Part shown: piece by piece, positions 60,433-64,000 of the stretch | Position numbering within the stretch: the stretch's first letter is position 1 | How the letters are laid out: every line of letters starts with the position of its first letter | Assembly (NCBI GenBank): GCA_947627385.1 | Contig: CANQVV010000001.1 | Coordinates: forward strand, 40,865-104,864 | Origin: an uncultured Bacilli bacterium | GTDB lineage: Bacteria; Bacillota_I; Bacilli_A; RF39; UBA660 | Length of the DNA: 64,000 nt | Direction: 5' to 3' | Made by a program: the position numbers and the translations under genes | The notes under the pieces: generated by a model | What the model saw: only the letters and a program-made list of their open reading frames with translations | Told to the model about the DNA's origin: nothing | Database searches by the model: none

Positions 60433-61035
60433 TTACTTTTTTATAGAATTTTTAAATAATAAATCTTTAACATTATAATAATATTGACAACCGCTTACAA
60501 CTGACAAAATTGTTGCAATTAAAATTAAATAATTTCCTAATTGAACATTGAACAATGAGAAAGGTAAGTTATTAAATAATACAAGTGTCAAACCAATCAT
60601 CATACACATAGTTTTTGCTTTGCCTAAAATACTGGCTGCTACCACTTTACCATGAGATCCACTAACCATTTTGCAAGAATCAACAACTATATCACGAGTA
60701 ATAATTATAACCGGAATTAATATAGGAATAATTCTTTCATAAGCCAAAATAATTAAAAGTCCATTAACTAAAATCTTGTCTGCAATAGCATCAGCTACTT
60801 TACCAAAATCAGTTACAAGATTTTTACTTCTAGCTAAATAACCATCAAGAAAATCAGAAAGCGATGCAATAACAAATATAATTCCTACAATAATATATTT
60901 TAAACTTAATATTTCACCATTTATTACATATTCGGGAAAAGTAAAACCAACATCATACCAAGGAAATAATAATAGTATAAGCATCACAATTCCAAGTAAA
61001 ATTCTAGTTATGGTTATTTTATTAGGTAAGTTCAT
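60433..61035 (-). CDS. pgsA: CDP-diacylglycerol--glycerol-3-phosphate 3-phosphatidyltransferase
   Basis: CDP-alcohol phosphatidyltransferase motif DFLDGYLAR...G...D...D. Confidence 0.85.
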   Translation of the reverse strand: MNLPNKITITRILLGIVMLILLLFPWYDVGFTFPEYVINGEILSLKYIIVGIIFVIASLSDFLDGYLARSKNLVTDFGKVADAIADKILVNGLLIILAYERIIPILIPVIIITRDIVVDSCKMVSGSHGKVVAASILGKAKTMCMMIGLTLVLFNNLPFSLFNVQLGNYLILIATILSVVSGCQYYYNVKDLLFKNSIKK

Positions 61036-61042
61036 ACAATCA

Positions 61043-61510
61043 CTACTTTCTATAACTTACAATATATGCACTTTTTTTATCTATTGTTATTTGATTTACT
61101 GACCAAAATATGGCTAAAATTACAAATATAATTAATAATATATATATAACTACATAAATTAATTTTTGATTTTTAGTACTCTTTTTAGTATAAGGTGAAG
61201 CAATTTTTGAATTTTCTTCTTTAACACTTAATTCAATTGTTTTTTCTATTTCTTTAATAGGTATTTTTGAAGTATATTCAAATAAATATTCATTAAATTC
61301 TTCTAAAATTTTCTCTGCTTCTAAACCAAGATATTTAGCATAATTTGAAATATATTCTTTTAAAGCAAATATATCTTTAAAAGAGCCGATTTTTCCATCT
61401 TCAATATTTGACAAAAAAATTTCATCTATACCCAAATCTTTACTAACTTCACTTAATTCAATACCTGAATTTTCTCTTGTTTCTTTTAAGAGTTCGGCAA
61501 TTTCTTCCAA
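61043..61510 (-). CDS. rodZ: RodZ-like HTH/TM cytoskeletal protein
   Basis: N-terminal XRE-like HTH, C-terminal TM. Conserved position upstream of pgsA (ymfM in Bacillus). Confidence 0.6.
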   Translation of the reverse strand: MEEIAELLKETRENSGIELSEVSKDLGIDEIFLSNIEDGKIGSFKDIFALKEYISNYAKYLGLEAEKILEEFNEYLFEYTSKIPIKEIEKTIELSVKEENSKIASPYTKKSTKNQKLIYVVIYILLIIFVILAIFWSVNQITIDKKSAYIVSYRK

Positions 61511-61534
61511 AATTTTTCACTCCTTAATCAAAAA

Positions 61535-61875
61535 AAATAATATTAATAAGCCATGTTCTGTACTCATATGAGTGACAAATATTTATCTATGCTTTTGCAT
61601 CCGTAAGTTAGTTCATTTTCCGTCTTACAGTTCCCTTACCATAATTTAGGTTTCTCACTCGTGGGGTTTACCGCGTTTCATTTATTTGTTACCAAATAAC
61701 TCGTTTCTGTGGCACTTTAAACCTACTATATCTTTAAAAGATAATTTCGGTGCCGTTAGCTTTTGCTACCTTAGGTTATTTTTTTCCTAAGCACGAACAC
61801 TACAATCATCACAGATTGTGTGAGCATGGACTTTCCTCTACATTAAAATTAATGCAGCATTTGTCTAAATATTAT
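61535..61875 (-). ncRNA. rnpB: RNase P RNA (type B)
   Basis: Minus strand has GTAGAGGAAAGTCCATGCTC (P4), AAAGTGCCACAG, ACGCGGTAAACCCC, GAGAAACCTAAATTATGGTAAGGGAAC and ACAGAACATGGCTTA, each matching B. subtilis rnpB. The P1 helix AATAATATT/AATATTATT overlaps the gpsB stop. Confidence 0.9.
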
Positions 61876-62222
61876 TCTTCTTTACCAAATACAGCTTTTT
61901 CTAGTTGACTAATTCGTTTTAGCAAATCAACATTAGTTAGTGTTCGATTAGATGTTTCTGATGATTTACTTACTTCGAGTTCTTCATTCAATTTACGCAT
62001 TTCTTGTTTCAACTTTGTATTATCTTCCACTAAATCTTTAATGTCTTTTTCTAATTTTTTTATGGTAGAATTGTATTCTGTATAATCACGAATAACCATA
62101 TCAAGAAATTTATCAACTTCCTGAGGTCTATACCCCCTAGCATCAATTTTAAATTCTTTCTCTAAAATATCTTGTGGAGTTAAATAAATTCGGTCACTAT
62201 ACACCCTAACACCTTCTAACAA
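61872..62222 (-). CDS. gpsB: cell cycle protein GpsB (DivIVA domain)
   Basis: LTPQDILEKEFKIDARGYRPQEVDKFLDMVIRDY and C-terminal LLKRISQLEKAVFG. Adjacent to rnpB, as in Bacillus. Confidence 0.85.
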   Translation of the reverse strand: MLEGVRVYSDRIYLTPQDILEKEFKIDARGYRPQEVDKFLDMVIRDYTEYNSTIKKLEKDIKDLVEDNTKLKQEMRKLNEELEVSKSSETSNRTLTNVDLLKRISQLEKAVFGKEE

Positions 62223-62469
62223 TAAAGATTATAAACGATATATGCTTTTTTTGTCAAGTTCTCTAAGATTTATTGTTTCAACCCAAATATCAGCATATTC
62301 TAATTTTTTCAATAATTCGTTTAAAATAAAGTCTACTCGCAATTTAATCACCCAATTTCATAATATCTCTTTTTTCAGAAAAATAAATAGTTTCGACAAA
62401 TGTTGTCAAAATTTTCAATCTCATAAAATAAAAAAGCACATGCTAAATAATGTACTTCTTTTTTAAATA

Positions 62470-62547
62470 TGGTCGAGAAGACAGGATTCGAACCTGCGAC
62501 CTCATGGTCCCAAACCACGCGCACTACCAAGCTGTGCTACTTCTCGA
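62470..62547 (-). tRNA. tRNA-Pro (anticodon TGG)
   Basis: 78 nt. Anticodon loop TTTGGGA. Encoded CCA. Confidence 0.9.
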
Positions 62548-62553
62548 AAATAA

Positions 62554-62630
62554 TGGTGCACCCAAAGGGAGTCGAACCCCTAACCTTTAGATCCGTAGTC
62601 TAACGCTCTATCCAATTGAGCTATGGGTGC
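62554..62630 (-). tRNA. tRNA-Arg (anticodon ACG)
   Basis: 77 nt. Anticodon loop CTACGGA. Encoded CCA. Confidence 0.9.
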
Positions 62631-62747
62631 GCGTTCTTCCTTAATGCACTAACATTATATTACAACAAACTAAAAAAATCAACTAAAATACAGAATTTTT
62701 CAAAATCTCTACTCAATAATTATATAAATCTTGATTTATTTTAAAAA

Positions 62748-63494
62748 TTACACCTGCATTATATAATAAAATAATTCTCTAAGATCTTCTTTCCTAATTT
62801 GGAAACTAACTCCATGAGTATAAAGTTGGGGAGTTCCAATGTTTGTAACCCCATCTTTTATGGAAATACAAATACTTATTTTATCATTTTCAATTAATTT
62901 TAAAAACTCAAAAAAACCTTTTAACTTGTAAATTTCCATTTTTAAATATTTATAATATTGAATATTATTATATTTATATGGATAACCATAAATAATAGCT
63001 AAATTTGTTAATTTTATTTTTAGTTTTGTTTCTAATGTTTTAAATTCCCAATAACATACATCTTCAATAAAATTTCCTTTGTAATACGCTTGAATTATTA
63101 ATTGTTGAATTTCATAATCAACTTTTAATCTGAATTCATAATCATTAACAGATCTTGTGTAATTGCAAAAAATTCTTCTTGAAAAATGCTTTTGATCTAA
63201 ATTACTTTTATCATTATAACCATATTTTTCTAAAATATAACGAGTTGCAAATTCATTATTTCTATATGGTGAACTTGTAAAAAGTGTAATTCTTGTTTTA
63301 GAATATCCCAATTTACATTTTAACTCAACACTTCCAAAATCTGGTTTACATTCTTGATCTTCTTTTTTATTTAATAAACTTTCAAAAGTATATCCCAATC
63401 CAGTTGTGCCTGTACGCAGTGATTTAATCAATCCTGCTTTTCTTATTTTTTTAAATTCTTTAATTAACAACGATACATCGTGATTCATCACCAA
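62748..63494 (-). CDS. MvaI/BcnI-family type II restriction endonuclease-like protein (solitary)
   Basis: Aligns by eye with BcnI along its length (TGLGYTFESLL vs VVGQILERQFG; PDFGSVELKCK...ITLFTSSP vs GDLGEFELKG...LTLFHKKP; ILEKYGY vs IFNRFGYV). Confidence 0.55.
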   Translation of the reverse strand: MVMNHDVSLLIKEFKKIRKAGLIKSLRTGTTGLGYTFESLLNKKEDQECKPDFGSVELKCKLGYSKTRITLFTSSPYRNNEFATRYILEKYGYNDKSNLDQKHFSRRIFCNYTRSVNDYEFRLKVDYEIQQLIIQAYYKGNFIEDVCYWEFKTLETKLKIKLTNLAIIYGYPYKYNNIQYYKYLKMEIYKLKGFFEFLKLIENDKISICISIKDGVTNIGTPQLYTHGVSFQIRKEDLRELFYYIMQV

Positions 63495-63636
63495 ACCTCC
63501 ACAAAATGTTATAACATATGATTTGTGAAAAAAATGTCAACTTTTGGAAAATTTGTAAAAAAATGTAAAAAAAATTTTATAATTGTTTTAGTAACATAGA
63601 GTTCTGATTATAATTAAAATAGAAGGAGCTATTTAA

Positions 63637-63666
63637 ATGGGAAGGAATATTATTTCGCAAAAATAA
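63637..63666 (+). other. 9-codon micro-ORF MGRNIISQK with strong RBS, upstream TTGTAA-N-TATAAT promoter and downstream terminator
   Basis: AGAAGGAGC-7 nt-ATG. -10 TATAAT at ~63585. Hairpin-terminator at 63713..63737. Confidence 0.3.
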
Positions 63667-63712
63667 TAAGAATAAAAAGTTTAAATATACTTAGCTCTTC
63701 TAAAAAATAAAT

Positions 63713-63737
63713 GTCATCATTTGATGACTTTTTTTAT
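63713..63737 (+). terminator. rho-independent terminator (GTCATCA-TTT-GATGAC + T7)
   Basis: Perfect hairpin followed by TTTTTTTAT on the plus strand. Confidence 0.55.
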
Positions 63738-63795
63738 TACAGTAAAATAAATTAATTAATAAGATTAAATGCTCAAAAATTTTATAAAAAATAAA

Positions 63796-63815
63796 ACCTC
63801 GCATTTAACGAGGTA
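63796..63815 (-). terminator. rho-independent terminator after tRNA-Lys
   Basis: CCTCG-TTAAATG-CGAGG followed by TTTTATTTTTT on the minus strand. Confidence 0.55.
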
Positions 63816-63825
63816 ATTAACAAAC

Positions 63826-63901
63826 TGGTGTCTCGTTGGAGATTTGAACTCCAGACCCTTCGATTAAAAGTCGAATGCTCTACCTACTGAGCTAACGAGA
63901 C
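63826..63901 (-). tRNA. tRNA-Lys (anticodon TTT)
   Basis: 76 nt. Anticodon loop CTTTTAA. Encoded CCA. Confidence 0.9.
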
Positions 63902-63908
63902 GAATAAA

Positions 63909-63984
63909 TGGCTGCCCCGGCTGGGTTCGAACCAACGGAATGTCAGAGTCAAAGTCTGATGCCTTACCACTTGGCTACGGGGCA
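63909..63984 (-). tRNA. tRNA-Gln (anticodon TTG)
   Basis: 76 nt. U1:A72. Anticodon loop CTTTGAC. Encoded CCA. Confidence 0.9.
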
Positions 63985-64000
63985 GTATATTTAAAGTGGT

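Noticed and set aside
62242-62466. ORF 62242..62466 (+)
   Set aside because: Low-complexity translation of the intergenic/promoter region between gpsB and the tRNAs. No RBS.
1-64000. Searched for rRNA, CRISPR arrays, transposases/integrases and prophage structural genes
   Set aside because: None seen. The GC-rich spots all resolve into tRNAs, RNase P RNA or RBS sequences.

Overview
Very AT-rich (~25-27% GC) chromosomal segment from a low-GC, endospore-forming Firmicute (Clostridia/Erysipelotrichia-like gene order). Genes are dense and mostly on the minus strand. Housekeeping operons are conserved: rpoD-dnaG, yceD-rpmF, rnc-smc, nusA-infB-rbfA-truB-rpsO-pnp, ftsA-ftsZ, infC-rpmI-rplT, thrS behind a T-box leader, pgsA-rodZ, and gpsB next to RNase P RNA. 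Sporulation modules sit among them: spoIIM-like, spoIIAA-sigF-spoVAC/D/Eb, spoIIGA-sigE, a SleB/CwlJ-type cortex hydrolase, a CotD-like coat protein and two polysaccharide deacetylases. Seven tRNAs are present. There is no rRNA, CRISPR array or transposase. The points most worth a second look are listed below. (1) Two secreted proteins carry TasA/SipW-cognate-type signal peptides. One sits behind a promoter whose spacer contains a G8 homopolymer, a candidate phase-variation switch. The other carries a LamG domain and faces a divergent XRE regulator with palindromic operators. (2) A translationally coupled operon encodes a radical-SAM DNA-repair-like protein (TIGR03916-like), a DUF4130 partner and a divergent orphan GroEL-like chaperonin. 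(3) The sigF operon has no spoIIAB anti-sigma kinase. (4) A BcnI/MvaI-family endonuclease sits alone between tRNA clusters. (5) A Y-family polymerase/YolD pair sits behind a Cheo-like box. (6) Ribosomal protein L20 has a Rho_N/SAP-like tail. (7) There are several small islands of hypothetical genes near tRNAs. All calls come from reading the sequence and remembered family signatures. No database search was run.
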